A stretch of DNA of 64,000 nt, from assembly GCA_017540175.1 (NCBI GenBank), contig JAFYBN010000008.1, positions 10,030 to 74,029 on the forward strand, written 5' to 3'. The notes below the pieces were generated by a model. It did not search any database. It worked only from the letters and a program-made list of their open reading frames with translations, and was not told where the DNA came from. The position numbers and the translations under genes are program-made. Origin of the DNA: Clostridia bacterium. Its GTDB lineage: Bacteria > Bacillota > Clostridia > Oscillospirales > CAG-272. The stretch's first letter is position 1. Every line of letters starts with the position of its first letter. Below, one piece after another: positions 37,480 through 46,552 of the stretch.

Positions 37480-38514
37480 TCAGTTCTTTCCGCCGCCGAG
37501 CTTTGCGTCGGTCGCCGCTTTCAGCGCGTCGTAGTTGTTCCCCTGATAGTCGCCGGCTTCCTTGGTTTTGTCGAAGCAGTCGTATCCGGGGTCGACGTCA
37601 TCGTGCATGATCGGTTCGGTGACCGCCGCGCCGAGAGCGGAGGTCTCGGAGAAGGTGACGCTTTGCTTGACCATCTCCACCATGTCGGTCGGAATGATGA
37701 TCTTCGCGGCGCGTCCGTCGGCGATCCTCTGCATCGCCTCGAACTGCTTCAGACGGAGCACCGCTTCGTCAACGCCGGCATTTTTGAGTTCTCTGAGGCC
37801 GTCCGCTTCCGCTTTCTTTGCGAGATACACAGCGCGGGCTTCGCCTTCCGCGCGGGCGATCCGCGCGTCTCTTTCACCTTCCGCCTCGAGGACGACGGCG
37901 AGCTTGTGGCCTTCCGCCTCCTTGATGTCCGCTTCCTTGTGGGCTTCCGCGAGCAGAAGGGTCTCGCGCTTTTCGCGTTCCGCCTTCATCTGCTTTTCCA
38001 TGGACTCCTGAATGCCCTTGGGCGGAATGATGTTTTTCAGTTCCACGCGGATGACCTTGATGCCCCACGGGTCGGTCGCATCGTCGAGGATGTATGCCAT
38101 TTTCGAGTTGATCGCGTCGCGGGAGGTGAGCGTTTCGTCCAGTTCGAGCTCGCCCACGACGTTACGGAGGGTCGTCGCGGTCAGATTGTCCAGCGCGTTC
38201 ACCGGGTTGATCGCGCCGTAGGTAAAGAGCATCGGATTGAACACGCGGAAGTAGACTACCGCGTCGATCTGCATGGTGACGTTGTCCTTTGTGATCACGG
38301 GCTGGGGCGGCGCGTCGAGGACCTGTTCCTTTAAGGTCACCTTTTTCGCGATCCTTTCGAGGAACGGGATCTTGAGGTGGATGCCCGCTTCCCAGGTTCC
38401 TTTGTATTTTCCGAGAAATTCGAGCACGTAAGCCTCGCTCTGCGGGACGATGCGGATATTTGCGGCAAGCAGCCAAATGATGATAACGCCGATAATGATG
38501 AGGGGCCAGGGCAT
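37480..38514 (-). CDS. SPFH/band-7 (stomatin-prohibitin) family membrane protein
   Basis: N-terminal TM helix, then IRIVPQSEAYVLEFLGKY...PVITKDNVTMQIDAVVYFRV (SPFH domain) and a coiled-coil tail. Confidence 0.9.
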   Translation of the reverse strand: MPWPLIIIGVIIIWLLAANIRIVPQSEAYVLEFLGKYKGTWEAGIHLKIPFLERIAKKVTLKEQVLDAPPQPVITKDNVTMQIDAVVYFRVFNPMLFTYGAINPVNALDNLTATTLRNVVGELELDETLTSRDAINSKMAYILDDATDPWGIKVIRVELKNIIPPKGIQESMEKQMKAEREKRETLLLAEAHKEADIKEAEGHKLAVVLEAEGERDARIARAEGEARAVYLAKKAEADGLRELKNAGVDEAVLRLKQFEAMQRIADGRAAKIIIPTDMVEMVKQSVTFSETSALGAAVTEPIMHDDVDPGYDCFDKTKEAGDYQGNNYDALKAATDAKLGGGKN

Positions 38515-38833
38515 GAGAATTCTCCTTTCCTGTCGGAATTTGACTTCGTACGTTTTGTTTTTTTGCGTACGGTGATATTATACCACGGTTTCGCGCGCTT
38601 CACAAGAGGGACGGGCGATTTTTCATGAAAGCTTTAACCCGGCTTAATCCGTTTAATCGGTTTCCTCCGGAGAGTGGCGGGAAATGCCGGATCCGGCGCA
38701 TTTTTCGGCACGATCGGGACGAATAGGTTAAAATTGTGCACATTCCAGCCCGTCGGGCGAGGCAAATGTGAAAATCACCAAAAAGGCGGAGAGGGGCGTG
38801 ACAAAATTCGTGATCGCGGAGATCGGCGGTATC

Positions 38834-38862
38834 TTGATATTTGAGGCGCAACATGATATAAT
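38834..38862 (+). promoter_or_regulatory. sigma-A promoter for the DMT transporter gene
   Basis: TTGATA, 17-nt spacer, TATAAT. Confidence 0.55.
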
Positions 38863-38911
38863 AAGATGGAAGACGAAAGTCTGATTTTTCTTTTTGAACG
38901 GGAGGCTCAAC

Positions 38912-39859
38912 ATGCTGAAAAAGAATCCTCAGCTCAAAGGCGCGTTGCTTCTCCTGCTCGCCGCGCTGTTTTGGGGTACCACCTTCGTCGCACAGAGCGC
39001 AGGCATGGAGAGCGTTCAGGCGTTCACATTCACCGGCATCCGATCCCTGATCGGCGCCGCGGCTCTGCTTCTGCTGATCGTCATACGTGACGCGGTCAAA
39101 GGCCGACGAGGAGAAACCACGCCGCTCGCCGAACGCAGACAGGCAAACCGCAAGGTCGCCCGCGCGGGGTTCTTCATCGGGCTCGCGCTCTGCGCGGCAA
39201 GCAATCTCCAGCAGTTTGCGTTCAATTATACTTCCGCGGGAAAGATCGCGTTCATCACCGCGCTCTATATGTTTTTCGTGCCCGTTTTCGGGCTCCTCCT
39301 CGGCAAGCGGATCCCGGGCGCGATGTGGATCTGCGTTCTGTTCGGCTTTGTCGGGCTGTATTTCTTGTCCGTCGACCCTGCCGCGCCGCTCTCGCTCAAT
39401 TTCGGCGACCTGCTCGCGTTCGCGTGCGCCGTGATGTACGCGGTGCATATCCTGATGATCGAGCGGTTCGCGCCGGACGTGGACGTGATCAAGCTCTCGT
39501 TCGTACAGTTTCTGACCTGCGGGACGATTTCCTGCATTCTGATGATGATCTTTGAGGCCCCGACCGTGACGGCGATCTTCTCCGCCGTTCCCCACATGCT
39601 CTACGCGGGCGTGATGAGCTGCGCCGTCGCGTTCACCCTTCAGATCATCGGTCAGAAATACGCCGAGGCGACGGTCGCGTCCCTCATCATGTGCACGGAA
39701 TCCGTGATCGGTGCGGTCTCAGCGGCGATCATCCTCGGAGAGCGGCTTCTGCCCCGCGAGGCGTTCGGCTGCGCGCTCATGTTCGCAGCGATCGTGCTGT
39801 CGCAGTTCGCGGACGCGCTTTCAACGCACCTCAAAATGAAGCGGAAAAAGCGGGCGTGA
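38912..39859 (+). CDS. DMT-superfamily (EamA) transporter
   Basis: About 10 TM helices. LAALFWGTTFVAQ is an EamA-type motif. Start trimmed to ATG 38912 behind GGGAGG. Confidence 0.85.
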   Translation: MLKKNPQLKGALLLLLAALFWGTTFVAQSAGMESVQAFTFTGIRSLIGAAALLLLIVIRDAVKGRRGETTPLAERRQANRKVARAGFFIGLALCAASNLQQFAFNYTSAGKIAFITALYMFFVPVFGLLLGKRIPGAMWICVLFGFVGLYFLSVDPAAPLSLNFGDLLAFACAVMYAVHILMIERFAPDVDVIKLSFVQFLTCGTISCILMMIFEAPTVTAIFSAVPHMLYAGVMSCAVAFTLQIIGQKYAEATVASLIMCTESVIGAVSAAIILGERLLPREAFGCALMFAAIVLSQFADALSTHLKMKRKKRA

Positions 39860-39873
39860 ATTTACAGAAACAG

Positions 39874-39913
39874 AAAAGACTGATGCTCGGAATCACGAAC
39901 GTCAGTCTTTTTG
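39874..39913 (+). terminator. intrinsic terminator
   Basis: AGACUGA...UCAGUCU stem followed by UUUUU. Confidence 0.6.
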
Positions 39914-40095
39914 CTTCAGCGCGCGGGAGAAAATCACAGGGAAAGAGCGTCCATCCGTCCCCGGTACGCGTCAAATATGCGTTTGAAAAGTGCGGCGCAG
40001 ATCCGCTGAAATCAAAGCACTCCGCCCGCCCGTTCCGCCAGAGTGTCTTCTTCGGCGGAGCGGCTTCGTCTCTCTGTGACGCTCGGGGGCGGCGG

Positions 40096-40127
40096 AAAAG
40101 AAAAATCCATCCGAAAGGATGGATTTT
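40096..40127 (-). terminator. intrinsic terminator after tRNA-Arg
   Basis: On the minus strand: AAAAUCCAUCC-uuuc-GGAUGGAUUUU followed by UCUUUU. Confidence 0.75.
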
Positions 40128-40130
40128 CAC

Positions 40131-40203
40131 CGCGCCCTATAGGATTCGAACCTACGACCTACCGGTTCGTAGCCGGGCACTCTATCCGCTGAGCTAAGGG
40201 CGC
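40131..40203 (-). tRNA. tRNA-Arg (anticodon ACG)
   Basis: Reverse complement is GCGCCCTTAGCTCAGCGGATAGAGTGCCCGGCTACGAACCGGTAGGTCGTAGGTTCGAATCCTATAGGGCGCG. It folds as a cloverleaf with a 7-bp acceptor stem, anticodon loop CU-ACG-AA, a GTTCGAATC T-loop and discriminator G. CCA is not encoded. Confidence 0.9.
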
Positions 40204-40242
40204 GTACAGCGGAGAACCGGGGTTCTCTTTGCGTGCTCGTAT

Positions 40243-40271
40243 ATTATACTGCACGGGGGCGGATTTGTCAA
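40243..40271 (-). promoter_or_regulatory. perfect-consensus sigma-A promoter for tRNA-Arg
   Basis: On the minus strand: TTGACA, 17-nt spacer, TATAAT, about 35 nt upstream of the tRNA 5' end. Confidence 0.7.
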
Positions 40272-40445
40272 GGGCTTTTTGAAAAAAACTTGCGGGTTTT
40301 CCGACGCCTTTTGACCCCTTGCCGCGTTTTTTCGAAATCATCGTCCCCCAGCGCGAAAATTTTACCCGAAGTTATTTATTTCCTCTCTTCTTTGTGTTAT
40401 AATGCATAGGTAAACTTTTGACTATTCCACCTGAAAGGGTTTCAT

Positions 40446-42287
40446 ATGTGCGGTTTTATCGGATTCACGGGCATCATTGACGCGCGGGAAGCGGTCATCC
40501 GGAAAATGGCGGAGCGCATCGCGCACCGCGGACCGGATTCTGACGGCTTTTATTTCGACGGGACGGACGACAAAAACTCCGTCACGCTCGGGTTCCGCCG
40601 TCTTTCCATCATCGACCTCGAAAACGGCTCCCAGCCCATGGTGAGCGACGACGGCATGACGGCGATCGTCTACAACGGCGAGGTTTATAATTTCATGGAG
40701 CTCAGGGACGAGCTCATCGCCAAGGGCTATGTGTTCCACACCCGCTGCGACACCGAAGCCATCCTCCACGGCTACGAGGAATGGGGCGAGGAGATCGCTG
40801 AGAAGCTGCGCGGTATGTTCGCCTTCGTGATCTGGGACAAGAGGAAGGAGATGCTCTACGGCGCGCGCGACCCCTTCGGGATCAAGCCCTTCTATTACAC
40901 CGTGACGCCGCGCGGGAACCTGCTGTTCGGCTCGGAGATCAAGGGGTTTCTCGATCACCCGGAATTCGAGCTGCGGGTCAACGAAAACGCCCTCAGACCC
41001 TATCTGACCTTCCAGTATTCCGCGACGGAAGAGACCTTCTTCAAGGGCGTTTACAAGCTCCCCGCCGCGCACCGCTTCGTCTGGAAGAACGGGAAGCTGA
41101 CCGCAGCGCGGTACTGGGACGTGGATTTCTCAAAGAAGACGAGCCTGTCCTACGACGAGGCGGCGGACATGATCGACGCGCGCGTGCACGAATCCGTGAA
41201 CGCGCACCGCATCAGCGACGTCAAGGTCGGTTCCTTCCTCTCGGGCGGCGTGGACTCCTCCTACATCACGGCGACCCTCATGCCGAACGACACCTTCTCC
41301 GTCGGCTTCAATTTCGAGAATTTCGACGAGACGAGCGAGGCGAAGGAGCTGTCCGAAAAGCTCGGCGTGCAGAACTTCATCAAGCACATCACCGCCGACG
41401 AGTGCTTCGACGCGTTCCCGACGATTCAGTACCACATGGACGAGCCGCAATCGAATCCCTCCTCCGTGCCGCTCTACTTCCTCGCGCAGCTCGCGCGGGA
41501 GCACGTGACGGTAGTCCTTTCGGGCGAGGGCGCGGACGAGATCTACGCGGGCTACGAATGGTACGACGAGGCGGGGGCAATGCGGAAATACAAGAAGCTA
41601 CCCGGCGGTCTGCGGCGTGGGATCGCGGGCCTCGCCGCGAAGCTGCCGTATTTCAAGGGGCATGACTTCCTCATCAAGGGAAGCGGCGTGCCGGAAAACT
41701 ATTTCATCGGTCAGGCGCTGGTCTTCCCGGAAAAGGAGGCTCTTGACGTTCTGAACGAGAAATATCGCAAGGGACCCTCCGTGCGGGACATCACCGATCC
41801 GATCTACGGGCGCGCGAAGGGGCTTTCGGAGCTTGAAAAGAAACAGTATCTCGATCTGAATCTGTGGCTGCCCGGCGACATTCTGCTCAAGGCGGACAAG
41901 ATGAGCATGGCGCATTCTCTCGAGCTCCGTGTCCCCTACCTCGACAAGGTCGTGATGGCGGAAGCGCAGACCTTGCCCGCGGCCTACAAGATCGACGGGC
42001 ACGACACCAAGGCCGTGCTGAGAACGGCGGCGAACAAGACCCTGCCGGACGCGTGGGCGCACCGTCCGAAGAAGGGCTTCCCCGTGCCGATCCGCCAATG
42101 GTTCATGGAAGACAAGTACTATAACCTCGCGAAAACCGCCTTCGCTTCGGACGCGGCGGCGGAATACTTCGACGTGCCGAAGCTGATGAAGCTGCTCGAG
42201 GATCACAAAGCGGGCGCGGCGCGGAACCAGCGCAAAATCTGGACGGCATATACCTTTTTGACCTGGCACAAACAGTTCATGGAATAA
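40446..42287 (+). CDS. asnB: asparagine synthase (glutamine-hydrolysing) family amidotransferase (AsnB/AsnH-like)
   Basis: 613 aa. N-terminal nucleophile MCGFIGF, …RGPDSDGFY… and the SGGVDSS PP-loop. Confidence 0.9.
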   Translation: MCGFIGFTGIIDAREAVIRKMAERIAHRGPDSDGFYFDGTDDKNSVTLGFRRLSIIDLENGSQPMVSDDGMTAIVYNGEVYNFMELRDELIAKGYVFHTRCDTEAILHGYEEWGEEIAEKLRGMFAFVIWDKRKEMLYGARDPFGIKPFYYTVTPRGNLLFGSEIKGFLDHPEFELRVNENALRPYLTFQYSATEETFFKGVYKLPAAHRFVWKNGKLTAARYWDVDFSKKTSLSYDEAADMIDARVHESVNAHRISDVKVGSFLSGGVDSSYITATLMPNDTFSVGFNFENFDETSEAKELSEKLGVQNFIKHITADECFDAFPTIQYHMDEPQSNPSSVPLYFLAQLAREHVTVVLSGEGADEIYAGYEWYDEAGAMRKYKKLPGGLRRGIAGLAAKLPYFKGHDFLIKGSGVPENYFIGQALVFPEKEALDVLNEKYRKGPSVRDITDPIYGRAKGLSELEKKQYLDLNLWLPGDILLKADKMSMAHSLELRVPYLDKVVMAEAQTLPAAYKIDGHDTKAVLRTAANKTLPDAWAHRPKKGFPVPIRQWFMEDKYYNLAKTAFASDAAAEYFDVPKLMKLLEDHKAGAARNQRKIWTAYTFLTWHKQFME

Positions 42288-42299
42288 CCGGAGGACAGC

Positions 42300-43532
42300 A
42301 TGGAAAAAACGATCACACCCGTCATCGTCGGCGCGGATCTCAACTGCTACAATGTCGCGCGCGCCTTTCACGAGGCGTACGGCGTAAAGTCCCACGCGTT
42401 CGGACGCTACGCCGTGTCCGCCACCAAGTATTCGAAAATCGTTGATTTCAAAACCGTCGCCGACATGAACGACGACGCCGTCATGCTCGATCAGCTCCAT
42501 CGGTTCGCGGACGCGCATCTCGGCGACAAGATGCCCCTCTTCGCCTGCACGGACGATTACGCCGCCATGATCATACGAAACCGCGAGGAGCTTTCCGATT
42601 TCATCATCCCCTACCCTCCCGCTTCCATGCTCGCTTCGGTCTCAAAAAAAGCGGAGTTCTACGAGGCGTGCGACCGCTTCGGCATTCCGCACCCGAAAAC
42701 CGTCGTCCTGACGGAGAAAACGACCGAGGGAGACGTTGAGGCGGACAAGCTCGGCTTCGGCTATCCCATCATCGTCAAGCCCTCCTCTTCGGCGGATTAC
42801 TGGAAGCACGAATTCGAGGGGATGAAAAAGGTCTATATCGCAAAGACGCCGGACGAAGCCGTGAAGATCGTGAACGAGATCTACTCTTCCGGCTATCCCG
42901 AGAAAATGATCCTTCAGGAGTTCATCGCGGGCGGGGATTCTCAGATGCGGGTTCTCACCTGCTTCTCGGACGCGAAAGGCAAGGTCCGCGCGATGTGCCT
43001 CGGTCACACGATGCTCGAGGAGCACACGCCGAAGGGGCTGGGCAATCATGCCGCCATCGTGACGGAGCCCGTTTCCTCCCTGCCGCTTGCCGAAAAGATC
43101 AAGGACATGCTCGAGGCGATCGGATACACCGGTTTCTCGAATTTCGACATCAAGCTCCGCGAGGGCACGACGGACGATTACCGCGTCTTCGAGGTGAACC
43201 TCAGACAGGGGCGTTCCAATTTCTATCTCACCGCCGCCGGGCTGAATGTCGGGCGGCTCGCCGCGGAGGTTTATGAATCGGACGGCGACGACTGCGTCCG
43301 GATCGAAAACTCCATTTTCTGGCACCACATTCCGAAGAGCACCGCCTATACCTACACGGAGGACAAGGAGCTCGTCGCCCGCGCGAAGGCGCTCGCGAAG
43401 GAGGGAAAGGAATCCTCCTCCGTCTGGTACCGCCCGGATATGGCATGGAATCCGCTGAGAACGATCTGCGTGCTCGAACAGCTGCGCAGGCAGAAACAGA
43501 AATTCAAGATCTATTACCCGAAAAAACCGTAA
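42300..43532 (+). CDS. asl: ATP-grasp carboxylate-amine ligase, D-aspartate ligase (Asl) family
   Basis: 410 aa. VIVGADLNCYNVARAFHEAYG, TKYSKIV, MRVLTCF...VRAMCLGHTMLEEHTPKGLGNH and YTGFSNFDIK...YRVFEVNLRQGRSNFYLTAAGLN match blocks I recall from Enterococcus faecium Aslfm. Confidence 0.7.
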   Translation: MEKTITPVIVGADLNCYNVARAFHEAYGVKSHAFGRYAVSATKYSKIVDFKTVADMNDDAVMLDQLHRFADAHLGDKMPLFACTDDYAAMIIRNREELSDFIIPYPPASMLASVSKKAEFYEACDRFGIPHPKTVVLTEKTTEGDVEADKLGFGYPIIVKPSSSADYWKHEFEGMKKVYIAKTPDEAVKIVNEIYSSGYPEKMILQEFIAGGDSQMRVLTCFSDAKGKVRAMCLGHTMLEEHTPKGLGNHAAIVTEPVSSLPLAEKIKDMLEAIGYTGFSNFDIKLREGTTDDYRVFEVNLRQGRSNFYLTAAGLNVGRLAAEVYESDGDDCVRIENSIFWHHIPKSTAYTYTEDKELVARAKALAKEGKESSSVWYRPDMAWNPLRTICVLEQLRRQKQKFKIYYPKKP

Positions 43533-43548
43533 ACGGGAGCGCCCGATC

Positions 43549-44274
43549 ATGGAAGACAAACGAAAACTGCTCGGCATCATCGGCGGGCTCGGACCCGCGT
43601 CGAGCGCGTATTTCTACGAGCTGATCACCGAGCACACCAGGGTGACGCGGGATCAGGATCACATCGACATCATTCTCTCGAGCCGCGCGAGCACCCCGGA
43701 CCGCACGGATTACATACTCGGGCGCTCGGACGAAAGTCCCCTGCCCGCCATGATCGCGGACGCCCGCTCGCTCGAAGTCTACGGCGCGTCCGCCATCGTG
43801 ATCCCCTGCAACACGGCGCATTATTTCATCGACGAGGTGCGCCGCTCCGTCTCCGTGCCCGTTCCGTCGATCATCGCGGAAACCGTGCGGCACATCGAAA
43901 AATGCGGCTTTAAGAAAGCCGCCGTCCTCGCGACGGAGGGCACGATCGTCTCCGGCTCCTATCAGCGAGAATTCGACGCGCGCGGACTCGGCTGCGCGAT
44001 CCCCGACGCCGAGGGCACGCGGCGTCTCATGGAGATTATCTACGGCAAGGTGAAGCGGGGCGTGATCCCGCCGCCGTCCGAGCTCTACGAGGTCACGGGT
44101 CCGATGTTCGACGCGGGCTGCGACTGCGCGATCCTCGGCTGCACCGAGCTTTCCCTGATCGGAAAGCGGATGACCGACGATCCCCGCATCGTGGACTCCC
44201 TGACCGTGCTCGCCGACTGCGCCATCCGTTTGATGGGGCACGAGACCGTCGGGTTCCCCCCAGCGTTTGACTGA
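43549..44274 (+). CDS. racD: aspartate racemase (Asp/Glu/hydantoin racemase family)
   Basis: 241 aa. LLGIIGGLGPASS, VIPCNTAHYF and ILGCTELSL give the two catalytic Cys blocks. Confidence 0.8.
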   Translation: MEDKRKLLGIIGGLGPASSAYFYELITEHTRVTRDQDHIDIILSSRASTPDRTDYILGRSDESPLPAMIADARSLEVYGASAIVIPCNTAHYFIDEVRRSVSVPVPSIIAETVRHIEKCGFKKAAVLATEGTIVSGSYQREFDARGLGCAIPDAEGTRRLMEIIYGKVKRGVIPPPSELYEVTGPMFDAGCDCAILGCTELSLIGKRMTDDPRIVDSLTVLADCAIRLMGHETVGFPPAFD

Positions 44275-44327
44275 CAAAGCCTTCCCCGAACCTCACGGCG
44301 CTTGTGCGCCCGGGAAACGAGTACATT

Positions 44328-45803
44328 ATGGATATCAACAAACTGTTTGAGAACTATCCCTGCGGCCGGATCGGGACGGCGGACGGATACGACGTCACCG
44401 CGCTCGAATACGATTCGCGCAAGGTCCGGCCCGGCTGTCTCTTTTTCTGTCTGCCGGGCGCGCGCATGGACGGCCATGATTTCGCGCCGCAGGCGTACGA
44501 ATTCGGCTGTCGGGCGTTCGTTGCCGAGCGCACGCTTTCCCTTCCCGCCGACGCGGTGCAGTTCCTTGTCCCGGACGCGCGGGAAGCGCTTGCCCGCTTA
44601 TCCGCCCGGTTTTACGGCAATCCCGCGGATGAGCTGACGATCATAGCGGTGACGGGGACGAAGGGCAAGACCACGACCGCGATCCTGACCTCGGAGATCC
44701 TGAATGCCTGCGGCATCCGGTGCGCCTACATCGGCACCAACGGCGTCATGATCGGCGACGACCGCTTCGAGACCGTGAACTCCACGCCGGAGAGCCGCGA
44801 GCTGCACCGCTTCTTTGCCATGATGCGGGAGCGGGGCTTCACGCACGTCGCGATGGAGGTCTCGTCCCAGGCGCTCGATCATCACCGGGTCGACGGCATC
44901 CGCTTCGACACAGCGATTTTCACGAATCTCTCCCCCGACCACATCGGCGAGGGCGAGCACGCGTCCTTTGAGGAATACCGGGACGCGAAAAGAAAGCTCT
45001 TCCACACACCCGGGCTCGGGCACATCGTCGCGAACGCCGACGACCCGTACTCCGCCGCCATGACGGAGGGAGCGGAGGCGGAAATCCTCACCTACGGCAT
45101 CGAAAACCCTGCGGACTACTGTGCGGACGAGATCGCGGGATACAGGGACGAGACCTCGCTCGGCATCGAATTCACCCTGCATGAAGGCGGGCGTCGGACC
45201 CGCGTCCGGCTTCGTCAGCCCGGCGAATTCAGCGTTTACAACGGGCTTGCCGCCATTGCCGCCGCGTCCCTGTGCGGGATCGCTCCGGAGCGGGCCGCCC
45301 TTGCCCTGCGCACCATTTCGGTCCGCGGGCGCATGGAGATCGTCGATGCCCTGCCCGGCATCACCTTCGTGATCGATTACGCGCACAACGGCGTGAGCCT
45401 CACCCACGCGCTCACCGTTCTGCGGGCGTATCAGCCGAAGCGTCTGATCTGTCTGTTCGGCTGCATCGGGGGCAGGACCTTCCTGCGCCGCCGGGAGCTC
45501 GCGGAAGCGGCCGGAAAGCTCGCGGATTTCACCATCATCACCTCGGACAACCCGGACATCGAAGAGCCGGAAGTCATCATCGAGGACGTGCTCAACTACT
45601 TCGACCGCTCGAAGCTCTATACGACGATCCCCGACCGGGAGGAAGCGGTGCGCTTTGCCGTCCGGATCGCGCGGGAGGGCGACATCGTCCTCTTCGCAGG
45701 AAAGGGGCACGAGACCTACCAGATCGTGTGGGGAGAGAAGGTGCCGTTCTGCGAGAAGGCTATCCTGCTTGACGAGGCGGAGAAAGTGCTCACGCCGGTG
45801 TAA
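44328..45803 (+). CDS. murE: UDP-N-acetylmuramoyl-L-alanyl-D-glutamate--diamino acid ligase (MurE), non-DAP-type motif
   Basis: AVTGTKGKTTT P-loop and Mur ligase domains. TSDNPD occupies the position of the DAP-specific DNPR motif. Start trimmed to ATG 44328 (MDINKLF); the GTG at 44304 is an alternative. Confidence 0.9.
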   Translation: MDINKLFENYPCGRIGTADGYDVTALEYDSRKVRPGCLFFCLPGARMDGHDFAPQAYEFGCRAFVAERTLSLPADAVQFLVPDAREALARLSARFYGNPADELTIIAVTGTKGKTTTAILTSEILNACGIRCAYIGTNGVMIGDDRFETVNSTPESRELHRFFAMMRERGFTHVAMEVSSQALDHHRVDGIRFDTAIFTNLSPDHIGEGEHASFEEYRDAKRKLFHTPGLGHIVANADDPYSAAMTEGAEAEILTYGIENPADYCADEIAGYRDETSLGIEFTLHEGGRRTRVRLRQPGEFSVYNGLAAIAAASLCGIAPERAALALRTISVRGRMEIVDALPGITFVIDYAHNGVSLTHALTVLRAYQPKRLICLFGCIGGRTFLRRRELAEAAGKLADFTIITSDNPDIEEPEVIIEDVLNYFDRSKLYTTIPDREEAVRFAVRIAREGDIVLFAGKGHETYQIVWGEKVPFCEKAILLDEAEKVLTPV

Positions 45804-45813
45804 AGGGGGACGA

Positions 45814-45868
45814 GGGGTACGCGGCTTTCCCCCAAAGAAAGCCTGGCAAAGAACTTCATAAAAAAACA
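45814..45868 (+). repeat. short intergenic repeat, copy B
   Basis: GGGGTACGCGGCTTTC-ccccaaa-GAAAGCCTGGCAAAGAACTTCATAAAAAAACA. See copy A at 36325. Confidence 0.7.
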
Positions 45869-45870
45869 CA

Positions 45871-45907
45871 ACGGCTGGGATTCTAAAAATAGAATTCAGC
45901 CGTTTTT
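45871..45907. terminator. bidirectional intrinsic terminator
   Basis: ACGGCUG-GGAUUCU...AGAAUUC-AGCCGU followed by UUUUUU, with an A-run upstream. Confidence 0.7.
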
Positions 45908-45919
45908 TGTAGTCGATGT

Positions 45920-46549
45920 TTACTGTTCTTCGCGGAGGGTGGTGATGAGTTCTTTCGCGTAGGGGAGGTTTTCGATCCATGCGCAGTACGCGTGCCATTC
46001 GGGCAGCTTATGGTTGCGCCTTGCGTAATAGATGTTGATGAGCGTCTCGTAGTTCAAGGTCGTCGTGCGCATCTGGTTGTAGGAGGTCGGCAGGAGCTGG
46101 ATCATGTCGTGCCAGTACGCGGTGTCCTTCGTTTCGATGAATTTCAGGCGGCGGTCCTCGAGCACTTCAATGACGTGATCGAGGCAGGCGAGCGCGGTCT
46201 CGGACATGCGGTCGCAGCTGAAATCCTCGCGGGAAAAGGTCTTCGAATGGATCTTGTGCATGGTGGAGGTCGAATTCGCCACCGTCCCGACCTTATAGGT
46301 GTCGTACTCCTTCCACCAGTACAGCGGCGCGGTGACGTCGACGGAAACGAAAATCATTCTGAGATATTTGCGGTGGTCGCTCCCCGCCCGCGCGAGGCGC
46401 TCGGCGAGTCCCAAATCGGATTCCCCGAGCCGATAGATACCATCCTCGTCAAAATAACTGTCAGATTTGTTCCAGCTGTTCATCGGATTGCGCATGCCGC
46501 GCACGGCGTTTTCAAGGTTCATGACCGCGGTGCGTTCGAGTTTGATCAC
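45920..46549 (-). CDS. ThyX-fold-like protein lacking the RHRxxS motif (function unknown)
   Basis: 209 aa. GTG start lies 3 nt after the hslO stop, behind AAGGAGGAG. RMIFVSVDVTAPLYWWKEYDTYKVGTVANSTSTMH and LPTSYNQMRTTTLNYETLINIYYARRNHKLPEW align with the T. maritima ThyX blocks ([55 protein letters not shown]). Confidence 0.55.
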   Translation of the reverse strand: MIKLERTAVMNLENAVRGMRNPMNSWNKSDSYFDEDGIYRLGESDLGLAERLARAGSDHRKYLRMIFVSVDVTAPLYWWKEYDTYKVGTVANSTSTMHKIHSKTFSREDFSCDRMSETALACLDHVIEVLEDRRLKFIETKDTAYWHDMIQLLPTSYNQMRTTTLNYETLINIYYARRNHKLPEWHAYCAWIENLPYAKELITTLREEQ

Positions 46550-46552
46550 GTC

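Noticed and set aside
44275-44303. Possible fourth copy of the intergenic repeat (CAAAGCCTTCCCCGAACCTCA) between racD and murE
   Set aside because: Only a scattered match to AAAGCCTGGCAAAGAACTTCA, with no 5' hairpin arm. Too weak to call.
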